Assembly (NCBI GenBank): GCA_963755115.1
Contig: CAVWIK010000004.1
Span: 145,218-209,217, forward strand
Direction: 5' to 3'
DNA from: an uncultured Chloroflexia bacterium
GTDB lineage: Bacteria > Chloroflexota > Limnocylindria > Limnocylindrales > CSP1-4
DNA length: 64,000 nt
Under the pieces are notes generated by a model. That model made no database searches. It worked only from the letters and a program-made list of their open reading frames with translations, and had not been told where the DNA came from. Both the position numbers and the translations under genes were made by a program. Below, piece by piece: positions 1 to 10,141 of this stretch (position 1 is its first letter; each line of letters opens with the position of its first letter).

Positions 1-1
1 C

Positions 2-1039
2 GGCCACGGTCACCCCGGCGCCGGCGATGATGAGGAGGAGCAGGGGGAAGAGGACATATCGAGGCTCCGGGCTGGCCACCAGGACCGCGGCGAAGGCCAC
101 GACGGCCGGGATCAGGACCCATGCGAGCCGACGGGCATCCAGCGCGGCGATGGACCTCCGCCCGCTCGGGCGCGCCAGGATGACGAGCGACACCAGCGTC
201 GCCGGGATGAGCAGCGAGGCGGCCCCGGCGAGCCGCAGCGGGAACCACCGCAGGTACGTGACGGCCGACTCCCAGGCGACCGCATGCTTCACATTGTCGG
301 CCGCGCTCGCGATGATCCCGACGGCGGAACCCGTGGCCGTCACCGCCTGGATCAGGTGCGGGACGAGCAGGACGACGCCGATGGCGACGGTCGCGCCGAT
401 CAGCCGCGCGCTGGCACGCATGCGGCCGCGCCAGAGCAGGACCGATGCCAGCGCGATCCCTGCGATCGCCGGGACGACGCCGAACCGGAGGTAGAACGCG
501 GCGGCGGCGATCGGGCCAGCCGCCAGGAGCAGCCTCGTCGGTTCCGGCCGGCGCTCGAACTCGTTCCAGAGCAGCAGCATGAGCAGCAACAGCACGCCGG
601 CGCTTGGCAGGTCGTCGTGGAACATCCTGAGCTGCGTCAGGACCGCGGGCGAACCGACGGCCGCGGCGAGCGCGACCAACCCCGCCGCCGGCCGGAAGAC
701 CGATCGCGCGAGGGCCCAGACGCCCAGCAGCGACGCCAGGCCCAGGACGAGCGTCACGCCGTGCAACCCCACCTCGGAGAACCCGACGGGCGCCGCAGCG
801 ATTCCCAGGATCGGCAACCCGGGAGGTCGGTAGAGCATGAACCACGAGGCCGGGGTATCGGTCACGAGTGATCGGGCCTTCGAGGCGTACACCGCTTCGT
901 CCCAGCCGAGGGGGGCGGCTCGGAGGATCGCCACCGAGACGGCGAGGGCGACCGGCACGAGGATGAGCACGACCGCCGCGCGCTCGATGAACGCGTCGCG
1001 TGCGTCCAGTCCCGTTGGGAGCCCGGACGTGGATGTCAT
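2..1039 (-). CDS. GT-C fold membrane glycosyltransferase (ArnT/PMT, GT39/GT83-like), truncated by window edge
   Basis: Not in the ORF track because there is no stop in the window. My translation from ATG 1039 gives MTSTSGLPTG...VVLILVPVALAVSVAILRAAPLGWDEAVYASKARSL...YRPPGLPILG: a first TM helix, the DExxY motif and xPP typical of GT-C, then many hydrophobic segments. Confidence 0.7.
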   Translation of the reverse strand, partial: MTSTSGLPTGLDARDAFIERAAVVLILVPVALAVSVAILRAAPLGWDEAVYASKARSLVTDTPASWFMLYRPPGLPILGIAAAPVGFSEVGLHGVTLVLGLASLLGVWALARSVFRPAAGLVALAAAVGSPAVLTQLRMFHDDLPSAGVLLLLMLLLWNEFERRPEPTRLLLAAGPIAAAAFYLRFGVVPAIAGIALASVLLWRGRMRASARLIGATVAIGVVLLVPHLIQAVTATGSAVGIIASAADNVKHAVAWESAVTYLRWFPLRLAGAASLLIPATLVSLVILARPSGRRSIAALDARRLAWVLIPAVVAFAAVLVASPEPRYVLFPLLLLIIAGAGVTVA

Positions 1040-1064
1040 CGAGACGCGTCATGCGCGGTCGACG

Positions 1065-1778
1065 TCATCGGTCGATCGAGGCGGCTGTCGCGAACGACGA
1101 CATGTCGGGGAATGCCACGTCCGGCCGGGCCTCGGCCGGCGGCGTGGCCCCCGCGCCGCGCCGTCCGCGACGGCGATCGATCCACACGGTGCTGAGCCCG
1201 AGCGCCTTGGCGGGCACGTGATCGTGGAAGAGGCTTTGCGCGACATGGAGGATGCGGTCGCGTGGGAGGCCGACCCGCTCGAACAGCACCTCGAAGTTGT
1301 GGATCGCCGGCTTGTAGCCACCGGCCTGCTGGGCGGTCACGACCCAGTCGAACTCGATCCCGAGCCGGGCATTCGAGGCGGCGAAGAGATCGTCGTCACA
1401 GTTCGTCAGGACGCCAAGGCGGAACCGGGTCTTGAGCCGGCTGAGCGCGTCGTGTGAGTCGGGAAACGCCGGCCAGTCGACGACCGAGCCACCGAACATG
1501 GCGAGTTCCTCGGCGGTCGGCTCGACGCTGTAGGTCGAGCACGTGGCACGGGCAGCCTCCGTCAGGACGTCGCGGTAGCGGCGGTACGGCGGGCGCTCGC
1601 CCTCGGCCTCGAAGTGGGCGTACGTCTCGAGCAGCTCGTCCCCATCGGGTGCGACGGCGTGGGGATCGAGCAACGAACGGAACGCCGTCGACAGCCCGGC
1701 CTCCCAGTCGATCAGGGTGCCGTAGCAGTCGAACGTGACGGCGTCGAAGCGCCCGAAGTCGAAGGACGTGTCGGTCAT
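1065..1778 (-). CDS. HAD-superfamily hydrolase, haloacid dehalogenase type II-like
   Basis: Motifs FDCYGTLIDWE, LTNCD, YKP and HVAQSLFHDHVPA. Start placed at MTDTSF. Confidence 0.88.
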   Translation of the reverse strand: MTDTSFDFGRFDAVTFDCYGTLIDWEAGLSTAFRSLLDPHAVAPDGDELLETYAHFEAEGERPPYRRYRDVLTEAARATCSTYSVEPTAEELAMFGGSVVDWPAFPDSHDALSRLKTRFRLGVLTNCDDDLFAASNARLGIEFDWVVTAQQAGGYKPAIHNFEVLFERVGLPRDRILHVAQSLFHDHVPAKALGLSTVWIDRRRGRRGAGATPPAEARPDVAFPDMSSFATAASIDR

Positions 1779-1857
1779 GGCGTCATCGTGCCGCATTGGC
1801 GAGACCCGGCGCTCGCGTCACCGTCATGCGTGCGGGGGTGGGCGGGTCGGTCCGCCC

Positions 1858-2640
1858 TCATCCTCGCCTCCACTCGTGGATGCGTTGGGTCGATGGATCG
1901 AACCAGACGAGTCCCGGCTCGCCGGGCGGGACCTCACCGTCCATCAGGGCGCGAACCCAAGAGCGTGACGGGCCGCCGAACGTGGTCGCGAAGAGGTTCG
2001 GGTAGCGAGCGATGATGGCGCGGTTGGCGGCGGTAGCTCGGACGACCCAGACCGTGGCGACCCGCTCCCCCGCCGACGCCGTTGCGATCGCTTCGGCGGT
2101 CTTGCGGTGCGTTGAACGGATGGCGGCGCCGACGTCGCCGAAGGTGTTCCAAGCCTCGACGAGGATCAGTGTCCGAGTGGCTTCGTCATTGATCGCGACG
2201 TCCGTGGAGTACCAGGGATCGCGTCCCCCGGCCGACCGTTCGACGGTGGCGCGGCGGCCGGCTCCCGCCGACAGCGCCAACAGCGCTTCCTGCATCTCGA
2301 GGTGGCCGGCGTCGACCACCGTTGATGAGGCGTCGTTCGGTCGCGAGAGCGCAACCGCGAGCGGGCGTCCGAGAGCCAGGCCGATCGCGACCCACAACGC
2401 GAGTGGAGCACCTTGGCCGCGGCCGAGCTCGATATCGCTGATCCACGTCTGGTGGACACCGACCCGGGCGGCGAGGTCGCGCTGCGTCATACGCCTACCC
2501 CTTCGGGTTGACCGAACGTCTCGTCCGAGAGATCGGGCGAGCGAGTCGGAGAGCCGAAGCGCCTCGCGAAGCATCTCGGTCGGACGGTGGCGGCGGAGCG
2601 GTCCCGTGTGATTCACGACCCAGAGTCTTGCGCAGGGCAC
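1858..2640 (-). CDS. XRE-family helix-turn-helix protein with C-terminal restriction-endonuclease-like domain
   Basis: N-terminal HTH (MTQRDLAARVGVHQTWISDIELG); C-terminal STDVAI...LILVEAW resembles a PD-(D/E)xK core. Start uncertain. Confidence 0.65.
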   Translation of the reverse strand: MPCARLWVVNHTGPLRRHRPTEMLREALRLSDSLARSLGRDVRSTRRGRRMTQRDLAARVGVHQTWISDIELGRGQGAPLALWVAIGLALGRPLAVALSRPNDASSTVVDAGHLEMQEALLALSAGAGRRATVERSAGGRDPWYSTDVAINDEATRTLILVEAWNTFGDVGAAIRSTHRKTAEAIATASAGERVATVWVVRATAANRAIIARYPNLFATTFGGPSRSWVRALMDGEVPPGEPGLVWFDPSTQRIHEWRRG

Positions 2641-2851
2641 GTACCGGGCCCTTACGCGGCACGCAGGAGCGTCTCCGGGCTCAAGGCTGGGACGCCACGC
2701 TTGCGATCGGGCTTCCAGTCGGTCGGTATGCCCGCGAACGGCGAGGGATAAGGGTCTGGGTCTTGCGGGCCCACGGAACGCGGCGCCGCCGCGGCCCTGG
2801 GCCCGGGCACCTCACGAGCCCAGGGCACGGGCTCGGACTACTCGGCAACGG

Positions 2852-2881
2852 GAAGGGCCGGCCCTGGCGGGCCGGCCCTTC
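2852..2881. terminator. 13-bp perfect hairpin just downstream of the ABC operon
   Basis: GAAGGGCCGGCCC-TGGC-GGGCCGGCCCTTC, about 30 nt past the stop of the SBP gene. Confidence 0.65.
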
Positions 2882-2910
2882 GTAGCTTCCGAGGAACCGC
2901 GGTTCGGATC

Positions 2911-4008
2911 CTAGTTGCCACCCTCCGTAAGGGTGACGACCTTCTTCGTCCAGGACGTGCCGTTCTTGTCGCCGTCGAGGGCCGCGAGGGCCTTCTCGGT
3001 GAGGTCGTTGCGGTACGCCGTGGCGTCGGGCAGGGCCTTGATGATCGCGCCGTCGAGCGCGATCTGGGCCGTGCGGTCGAAGGCGGCCTTGTCCATCGTG
3101 CCGATCCCGTTCGGGGACGGCCAGACGAGGCCGTTGATCTCGTTGAGCTGCCACGTCTGGTGGCCCTTCGGCAGCTTGGCATCGTGCGCGAGCACGACGG
3201 CCACGGCGTCATCGGGGTTGTCTCGGCAGAACTGCCAGCCCTTGTAGGCCGCGGTCAGGAACTTGGTCGCGGTGTCCGCGTTGGTCCCCTCCTTGAGCCA
3301 GGACTCGTCCGCGAAGATCGCGTCCTGGAGCATCGCGGTGCCCGCGGACTCCATCGAGACGACGTCCATGTCGTCGGGCGAGTACAGCTTGCCGGTGGCC
3401 GGGTTCTTGGCCTCGAGCACCTGGGCGTACTCGTTGTAGATCATCGCCTGGGCCGCATCGATGTCGCCGTTGAGGAAGGCGGTCATCGTGAAGTCCTGCG
3501 GGACGATGGTGACGTCGGACGGCTTGGTCGGGTCGATACCGACCTTGCGCATCGCGGCGTACAGCTCGGCCTCGTTGCCGAAGCCCCACGTGCCGACCTT
3601 CTTGCCCTTCCAGTCCTCGGGCTTGGTGATGGCCTTGTCCTTCATCGCGATCTGGAGCGTGCCCGAGCGCTGGAACGGCATGCCGATGATCTGGACGTCG
3701 GCCCCGGACTCGCGCGACGCGAGCAGCTTGGGCACCCAGCTGATCCCGAACTCGGCGTTCCCGCCGGCCACGACAGTCGCGGGGACGATGTCCACGCCCC
3801 CGGGCAGGATCGAGACGTCGAGCCCCTGATCCTTGAAGAAGCCCTTGTCCAGCGCCGCGAAGTAGCCGCAGAACTGCGCCTGCGGGAACCACTGGAGCTG
3901 GAGCTTGACCGGTGTCAGGGCGGCCGTGCTCGCACCGCCCCCTGAGCTACAGGCCGCGAGCACCAGCGCAATGAGCGCGGTGACGACGGCGACCCCACGC
4001 AGCTTCAT
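2911..4008 (-). CDS. ABC transporter substrate-binding lipoprotein, NMT1/THI5 (SsuA-like) family; probably pyrimidine uptake
   Basis: Lipobox LAAC; VKLQLQWFPQAQFCGY; AAQAMIYNEY. Substrate inferred from gene context. Confidence 0.85.
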   Translation of the reverse strand: MKLRGVAVVTALIALVLAACSSGGGASTAALTPVKLQLQWFPQAQFCGYFAALDKGFFKDQGLDVSILPGGVDIVPATVVAGGNAEFGISWVPKLLASRESGADVQIIGMPFQRSGTLQIAMKDKAITKPEDWKGKKVGTWGFGNEAELYAAMRKVGIDPTKPSDVTIVPQDFTMTAFLNGDIDAAQAMIYNEYAQVLEAKNPATGKLYSPDDMDVVSMESAGTAMLQDAIFADESWLKEGTNADTATKFLTAAYKGWQFCRDNPDDAVAVVLAHDAKLPKGHQTWQLNEINGLVWPSPNGIGTMDKAAFDRTAQIALDGAIIKALPDATAYRNDLTEKALAALDGDKNGTSWTKKVVTLTEGGN

Positions 4009-4165
4009 CCCATCCTCCTCATAGGCGATCGGGGCTCGTCCCGACCCTGCTCCCCTGGAACCCGCAGTCTAGCGACGCGGTGCCCGGCCCGGCGGGCCTA
4101 ACGCGACCGGCGGGCCGACGCGCCCACCGCGACCGGCGGGGCCGACGCGACTCGCCGCGACCGGG

Positions 4166-5002
4166 CTACTCGGACTCGGCCGTCGTCCGGTACGACGCGT
4201 GCCACGGCATCACGAGGCGCTCGGCGATCACCACCAGGACGTACAGCCCGATGCCGATGGCCGAGGCGAACGAGATCGCCGCCCACGATCGCTCGAGGTT
4301 CAGGTACGCGGCGTACCGGATGATGTACTGGCCGAGGCTGATGCTGGGGGCGCCGAAGTACTCGCCGATGACCGCCCCGATCGTCGCAAGGGTCGTCGCG
4401 ACCTTCAGCGCGGTGAAGATGAACGGCAGCGCGCTCGGCCAGCGGACGGCGCGGAAGGTCTGGGTGTCCGAGGCGGCCATCGAACGCATCAGCTCGAGTG
4501 CGGCGGGCTCGACATGGAGCAGGCCGCGAGCCGTGTTGATCATCACCGGGAAGAAGCACAGCGTGGCCGCCACGACGGCCTTCGAGAGCTGGCTGTCGAG
4601 GCCGAACCAGTTGTTGATGAGCGGCGCGAGCGCGATGATCGGGATCGAGTTCACCGCGATCGCGAACGGCAGAACGGACTCGCGCAGCGCCGCCCAGCGG
4701 GCGGCGATGGTCCCGAAGACGAGTCCCGCGGTGCAGCCGAGGACCAGGCCGAGCAGGATCTCGACGAGCGTGTACGTGGTCGACGCCCACAGCTCGGGCA
4801 GGTAGGTGACCCAGGCGGCGGCGATCCTCGACGGCGCCGGCAGGATGAACTGCGGCAGCGCCAGGATCCGGACGAGCAGGTCCCAGGCCACGAGCGCTCC
4901 CAGGAAGATGCCCAGCGGCAGGAGCCAGCCCCGGGCCGAGCGCCCGAGGTCCGCAGCGAACGAGCCCGCGCGGCCTGGGACCGGCGCGTCCGCGGAGCTC
5001 AC
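4166..5002 (-). CDS. ABC transporter permease (NitT/TauC family)
   Basis: ILPAPSRI, SIPIIALAPL, FFPVMINTARGL, GAVIGEY. Likely GTG start at 5002. Confidence 0.88.
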   Translation of the reverse strand: MSSADAPVPGRAGSFAADLGRSARGWLLPLGIFLGALVAWDLLVRILALPQFILPAPSRIAAAWVTYLPELWASTTYTLVEILLGLVLGCTAGLVFGTIAARWAALRESVLPFAIAVNSIPIIALAPLINNWFGLDSQLSKAVVAATLCFFPVMINTARGLLHVEPAALELMRSMAASDTQTFRAVRWPSALPFIFTALKVATTLATIGAVIGEYFGAPSISLGQYIIRYAAYLNLERSWAAISFASAIGIGLYVLVVIAERLVMPWHASYRTTAESE

Positions 5003-5015
5003 CCGAGGCTCCGGA

Positions 5016-5882
5016 TCATGCGGAGAGCCCCTCCGCGGCGACGCGACGGGCCGCATCGCCGTCACCCGCGCCCGGCGCTCCGGGCGGGCCGTCGTGACCG
5101 CGCAGTGCCTCGCGGACCTCGGTCACGAGCTCGAAATAGCGCTCCATCTCACGTGTCTCGACGTCGCGGGTCCGCGGCAGGTCGATCGGGACCACCCGGG
5201 TGATCCGGCCGGGTCGTGCGCTCATGACCACGACGCGCGTCGAGAGGAAGACCGCCTCCGGGATCGAGTGGGTCACGAACACGATCGTCGTGCCGGTGCG
5301 CTCCCAGATGCGGAGCAGCTCGAGGTTCATCCGCTCGCGGGTCATCTCGTCGAGCGCGCCGAACGGCTCGTCCATGAGCAGGATCGAGGGGTCGAGCGCG
5401 AGGGCACGGGCGATCGCCGCGCGCTGCTGCATCCCGCCCGACAGCTGCCAGGGGTGGTGCTCGGCGAAGTCGGCGAGCTCGACGAGCGCGAGCATCTCGC
5501 GGGCCTTGGCCTCCCGCGTCGAGCGGTCGCGCCCGATGATCTCGAGCGGCAGCTCGACGTTGCGCCGGACCGTCCGCCAGTCGAAGAGCACCGGGGCCTG
5601 GAAGACCATCCCGTAGTCGTGATCGAGCCGCGCCTGGCGGGCCGGCTTGCCGTTCACCTGGACCGTGCCCGTCGTGGCCCCGGTCAGGTCGGCGATGATC
5701 CGGAGGAGCGTGCTCTTGCCGCAGCCCGACGGCCCGATGAGCGAGATGAACTCGCCCCGGCCGATCGACAGGTCGACGCCGCGCAGCGCCTCCACGCCCG
5801 TGGTGTCCTTGCCGCTCCCCTCGAACCGCTTCCCGACGTCGTGCAGGTCGACGACGGCGTCGGGCGAGGTCCCGCTGGTCAT
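5016..5882 (-). CDS. ABC transporter ATP-binding protein (NitT/TauB family)
   Basis: Walker A GPSGCGKST, LSGGMQQR, LLMDEPF, VTH. ATG 5882 overlaps the upstream stop. Confidence 0.93.
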   Translation of the reverse strand: MTSGTSPDAVVDLHDVGKRFEGSGKDTTGVEALRGVDLSIGRGEFISLIGPSGCGKSTLLRIIADLTGATTGTVQVNGKPARQARLDHDYGMVFQAPVLFDWRTVRRNVELPLEIIGRDRSTREAKAREMLALVELADFAEHHPWQLSGGMQQRAAIARALALDPSILLMDEPFGALDEMTRERMNLELLRIWERTGTTIVFVTHSIPEAVFLSTRVVVMSARPGRITRVVPIDLPRTRDVETREMERYFELVTEVREALRGHDGPPGAPGAGDGDAARRVAAEGLSA

Positions 5883-6739
5883 GCGTACTCCTCGGCCGGC
5901 CGGTAGCCGCGCAGGACGATCCGTTCGGCGATGACGACACAGGTGAAGGCGATGATCCCGACGAGGGCGGCCATCGCGATCGCCGCCCACAGGTCCTCGG
6001 GCGAGAACGCGTAGTACTGCATCGCCTGGAGGAGCGAGCCCCCAAGTCCCTCGCGGATGCCCGCCGGGAACTCGCCGACGATCGCGCCGACCACGCTGGC
6101 GGTCGCGGCGATCCGGAAGGCGGTGAAGAGGTACGGCGGCGACGCGGGCAGCCGGAGCTTGCGGAGGATCGTGCGGCGATCGGCGGCATACGAGCGCATG
6201 AGCTCGAAGGCACGCGGGTCCGCCGAGCGCATCCCGCGCAGCGCCGCGATCGTCACGGGGAAGAACGTCAGGTAGGTCGCCACGATGGCCACCCCGAACC
6301 AGCCCGCCTTGAGGCCGACCACGACGACCGGCGCGATCGCGATGATCGGGATCGTCTGGCTCGCCACGAGCAGCGGGACGAGGCCGCGCTCGAGGACCTT
6401 CACGTGGACGAGCACGATGGCGAGACCGAGACCGACGGTCACGCCCAGGAAGAACCCGAGGACCGATTCGCGGAGCGTGAACAGCCCCGCCCGAGCGAGC
6501 GACGAGATGTACGTGTCACCGACCGCGTCGACACCGAAGAACGCGGCGGCGATCGTCCAGATGTGGGGCAGGTTGAGGTCGTTGACCGGCTTCCATGCCA
6601 GCGGCGGCGTCCAGAGCACCGTGTCGCCGTTGCGCCACGGATCGCCCGCGAGGAGCTTCGCCAGCTCCCACGTGACGAGGATGAACGCGACGACGGCGAG
6701 GAACCCGAGGGCGGGCCGCAGCCGTCGACGACGCGACAT
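5879..6739 (-). CDS. ABC transporter permease (NitT/TauC family)
   Basis: SQTIPIIAIAP, TFFPVTIAALRG, SVVGAIVGEF; multiple TM helices. Confidence 0.88.
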   Translation of the reverse strand: MSRRRRLRPALGFLAVVAFILVTWELAKLLAGDPWRNGDTVLWTPPLAWKPVNDLNLPHIWTIAAAFFGVDAVGDTYISSLARAGLFTLRESVLGFFLGVTVGLGLAIVLVHVKVLERGLVPLLVASQTIPIIAIAPVVVVGLKAGWFGVAIVATYLTFFPVTIAALRGMRSADPRAFELMRSYAADRRTILRKLRLPASPPYLFTAFRIAATASVVGAIVGEFPAGIREGLGGSLLQAMQYYAFSPEDLWAAIAMAALVGIIAFTCVVIAERIVLRGYRPAEEYA

Positions 6740-6761
6740 CGGATCCGCCCGCCCGCGTCGG

Positions 6762-8099
6762 CTAGCCGACGACGGCCTGATCGGCGATGTCGAGCGCGAG
6801 CCCGATGATCTCGAACCCGTCCGCGAGCTGCTCCTCGGTGATGCACAGGGGCGGGTTCGTGTGGATCGAGTTGTTGGCGATCATCGTGTACAGCCCGGCC
6901 TCGCGGAGCGCCTTGCCGACCGCCTTCATCTCATCGGACGTGCCGTTGAACGGCGTCAGCGGCGTCCACGGGTCGTGGCTGCGGACGAGGTCGATGATCC
7001 CGAACAGGCCCAGGTTGCGCGTCGCTCCGACGCTCGGGTGCTCGGCTGCGAGGCGCTCGTGGTGGGCGCGCATCACCGGGCCGAGACGCGCCGCGTTGCC
7101 GATCAGGTCGTCCTCTTCGTAGACCGAGATCGTGGCGAGCGCCGCCGCGAGACTGACCGGGTGGCTGCTGTACGTCAGGCCGCCATAGAACATCTTCGAC
7201 TCGAACTGGTCGGCGATCTCGCGGCGCATCGCCACGGCGCCGAGGGGCAGGTAGCTCGAGGTCAGCCCCTTGGCCATCGTCATCAGGTCCGGCGTGACGT
7301 CCCAGTGGTCGACGGCGAACCACCGGCCGGTGCGCCCGAAGCCGGCCATGACCTCGTCGGCGACCATCAGGATGCCGTACCGGTCGCAGATCTCCCGGAC
7401 GCCCGCGATGTAGCCGTCGGGCGGGATGAGGATGCCGTTCGTGCCGACGATCGTCTCGAGGAAGACCGCCGCGATCGTGTGCGGGCCCTCGTAGCGGATG
7501 ACGTCCTCGAGGCCCTGCAGGCTCTCGGCGACGGGCCGCGGCTCCGCGTCGCCCCAGCGATGCGTGTCCGGGTAGCGCACGACGCCCACGAGCCCGGGCT
7601 CGTTCGCCCAGCGGCGCGGGTCGCCGGTCAGCGTCATCGCGCCCATGGTCGCGCCGTGATACGAGCGGTAGCGCGCCAGCACCTTGTAGCGGCCGGTGGC
7701 GTGCCGCGCGAACTTGATCGCGTTCTCGATCGCCTCGGCGCCACCGAGCGTGAAGAAGACCTTCTCCATGTCGCCGGGCAGGATCTCGGCGAGCTTCGCG
7801 CCGAGACGGGCCCGGATCTCGGTGGCGAACGCGGGCTGGACGTACTGGAGCTTGAGCGCCTGCTCGTTGATCGCGTCGATGACGCGCCGGTCGCCGTGCC
7901 CGATGTTCACCGACATCAGCTGGCTGTTGAAGTCGAGGATCCGCTGACCCTCGGGCGTGTAGAGGTAGACGCCCTCGGCGTGGTCGATGGCGATCGGGTC
8001 GACGGCGCCCTGGATCGACCACGAGAAGATCGTGTGCCGCTTCGAGAGCGCGGCGATCTCCGCGCTGGTCATGGCGCCGGGAGCGGTGCTGATGCCCAT
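6762..8099 (-). CDS. Class-III PLP aminotransferase (beta-alanine/taurine-pyruvate type)
   Basis: DFNSQLMSVNIGH, GAEAIENAIK, SYHGAT, ADEVMAGFGRTG, MTMAKGLTS. Confidence 0.9.
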   Translation of the reverse strand: MGISTAPGAMTSAEIAALSKRHTIFSWSIQGAVDPIAIDHAEGVYLYTPEGQRILDFNSQLMSVNIGHGDRRVIDAINEQALKLQYVQPAFATEIRARLGAKLAEILPGDMEKVFFTLGGAEAIENAIKFARHATGRYKVLARYRSYHGATMGAMTLTGDPRRWANEPGLVGVVRYPDTHRWGDAEPRPVAESLQGLEDVIRYEGPHTIAAVFLETIVGTNGILIPPDGYIAGVREICDRYGILMVADEVMAGFGRTGRWFAVDHWDVTPDLMTMAKGLTSSYLPLGAVAMRREIADQFESKMFYGGLTYSSHPVSLAAALATISVYEEDDLIGNAARLGPVMRAHHERLAAEHPSVGATRNLGLFGIIDLVRSHDPWTPLTPFNGTSDEMKAVGKALREAGLYTMIANNSIHTNPPLCITEEQLADGFEIIGLALDIADQAVVG

Positions 8100-8266
8100 G
8101 GGTCACCTCGGCGCGGGGTGCGGCCACGCGTGGCCGGGATCCCGCTCGGACGTTCGGGTCGGACGACGCGCCGGCGCCGTCGCTGGGTCGCCATTACAGC
8201 ACATCCGACCACGCCGGAGCGACGCCGTCGCGAGGTGCCGGCGCTATCGCGGCGACCCGCGCGGCC

Positions 8267-10141
8267 CTACCGGGTGCGGCGACGAAGCTCGCCGACGTTG
8301 TCGACGATGAGCAGGAGGCCCAGGCCGAGGAGCCCGACGAGCAGGACCTCGCGCAGGAACTCGATGGCAAGGATCGCGACGCTGACGACCGCGAGCGCGA
8401 GCGAGATGCGCAGGAACAGGATCCGGACGTCCTTGCGGAAGAACGACTCGATGGCAAGGTAGAAGCCGAGGAGGACGACGATGGCCACGACCGGGGGCAG
8501 GATCCGGAACCAGATGATCACCGCGAGGGCGACGACGAGGATGCCGACGCTGCCCGCCGCCCACGCCTCCCCCAGCGCGCGTCGCTGCATCTCCGCCGGG
8601 GGCTCCGGCTCGGACGCGTGATGGAGATGGACGCGCGGGTCGTCGAGCTCGCCGGCCCGCAACCGCTCGAGCCGTCGCTCGCCGGCCTTGACGGCCGTGC
8701 CGAGCTCCACGGCACGAGTCCGCATGCCCGCGAGCTTGACCTCACCCTCGCGGAGCTCCGCGGTGCGGGCCGCCCGGTAGACGTCGGTGCCGGGCGCCTC
8801 CCGGATCGCCGCGACCTCGGCCTCCAGAAGACGGAGCGCACCCTCGAGCTCCGCTACCTCGGCGAGCACCGCCGTTCGCTCCGTCTCGAGGGCTTCGATC
8901 CGCGCCGTCAGCGTCGGGATCGCCTGCGAGGGCGGCGCCATCTTGTCCAGACCGGCGAACCCGAGCGGGTCATGCCAGGACTGGCGGACCGTGCCGATCC
9001 GCGTGTACTTCGGGCCTGCGGGCGCGCGCTCGCCGGCGAACCGATCTCCCGTATCGAGGCCCCATAGGCCGTGATAGCGGTCGACCCAGCCATCCTCGTC
9101 CCCGATCACGATCGGCGTCCATGCGACGTCGCCGCCCGGCCCGATCGCGATGCCATCGCCGCGGGCGTAGTCGACGAACGGGACGCTCAACGCCCGGCGG
9201 GCGCTCGCCGCCAGGTCGCCCGGATCGGGCTGGTCGAGGGTGTCGCGCCACGTCCTGCGCGTGAGGTCCAGCGGGCCCCGGATATAGCGCTCGCCGGGGA
9301 ACGGCAAATTCATGATGTACTCGCCCTGCTCGAGGTAGGTCGCGTGCGATCCAGCCCCGGGGAAGACGACCGGGTGGCCGTCGATCACCTGCAGGCGCGG
9401 GTCGTCCCATCGCCGGCGGAGGTCATCGCCCTTCTCGTCGTGCGCGGCTGCGCAGAACCACGCCGGCCGCACCTCGCCGTCGTCGAGCGTCTCGCAGACG
9501 ACGAAGCACTGCTCCCAGTCCGCCTCGTGATCGTTGGCGCCCTCGAATGTCGATCGCCAGTCGTTCATCGCGTACAGGAACATGTAGTGAAGGACGACCC
9601 AGGAACCCTCACGGACGACCCGGCCGTGATAGACGACGCGTGGATCGGTCGCCCGGATCTGGTCGTAGCGGACCGATGCGGCGGCAGCGGTACCGCCCGG
9701 GACCCGGCCGCGGAGCAGCAACGAGAGCACGAGCCCAGCGTCGACGAGGCGGGCCAGAAGGCCCACCCGGGCCAGACGACCCGGCGCGGAGAAGACCTCC
9801 CGTCCGGGCCGGTTCCGCCATCGGGCGAGCTCGAGCGAACCCATCGGTTCGGGGACGAAGCGCAGGAACTGGGCCTGCCCCGGCAGCGGGTCGCCGGAGG
9901 CGGCGAGCCGCTCGAGATCCAGCGTCCCGGCCGGGATGACGACGCTGGCCTCGCGCAGGATCGGACCCTCGAGCAGGTCGCAGTTCTCGACGTACGCCCC
10001 GGCGGCCATCGGGAAGAACAGCTCGCCATGGGTGAACCGGAGCAGGGGCTCGTGGCGGCGCAGCAGCTCGAGATCGACGTCGGTCGCCGGCTCGACAGGC
10101 TCGACCGCTCGAGCCTTCCGGCGGCGCCAGGACCCCGTCAT
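8267..10141 (-). CDS. Hypothetical membrane-anchored protein with Vps62/DUF946-like N-terminal domain, coiled coil and C-terminal TM helices
   Basis: HEPLLRFTHGELFFP...HYMFLYAMNDW...HEADWE...GSHATY, a heptad-rich segment, then about 4 TM helices. GC3-rich codons; 4-nt overlap with the upstream gene. Confidence 0.65.
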   Translation of the reverse strand: MTGSWRRRKARAVEPVEPATDVDLELLRRHEPLLRFTHGELFFPMAAGAYVENCDLLEGPILREASVVIPAGTLDLERLAASGDPLPGQAQFLRFVPEPMGSLELARWRNRPGREVFSAPGRLARVGLLARLVDAGLVLSLLLRGRVPGGTAAAASVRYDQIRATDPRVVYHGRVVREGSWVVLHYMFLYAMNDWRSTFEGANDHEADWEQCFVVCETLDDGEVRPAWFCAAAHDEKGDDLRRRWDDPRLQVIDGHPVVFPGAGSHATYLEQGEYIMNLPFPGERYIRGPLDLTRRTWRDTLDQPDPGDLAASARRALSVPFVDYARGDGIAIGPGGDVAWTPIVIGDEDGWVDRYHGLWGLDTGDRFAGERAPAGPKYTRIGTVRQSWHDPLGFAGLDKMAPPSQAIPTLTARIEALETERTAVLAEVAELEGALRLLEAEVAAIREAPGTDVYRAARTAELREGEVKLAGMRTRAVELGTAVKAGERRLERLRAGELDDPRVHLHHASEPEPPAEMQRRALGEAWAAGSVGILVVALAVIIWFRILPPVVAIVVLLGFYLAIESFFRKDVRILFLRISLALAVVSVAILAIEFLREVLLVGLLGLGLLLIVDNVGELRRRTR

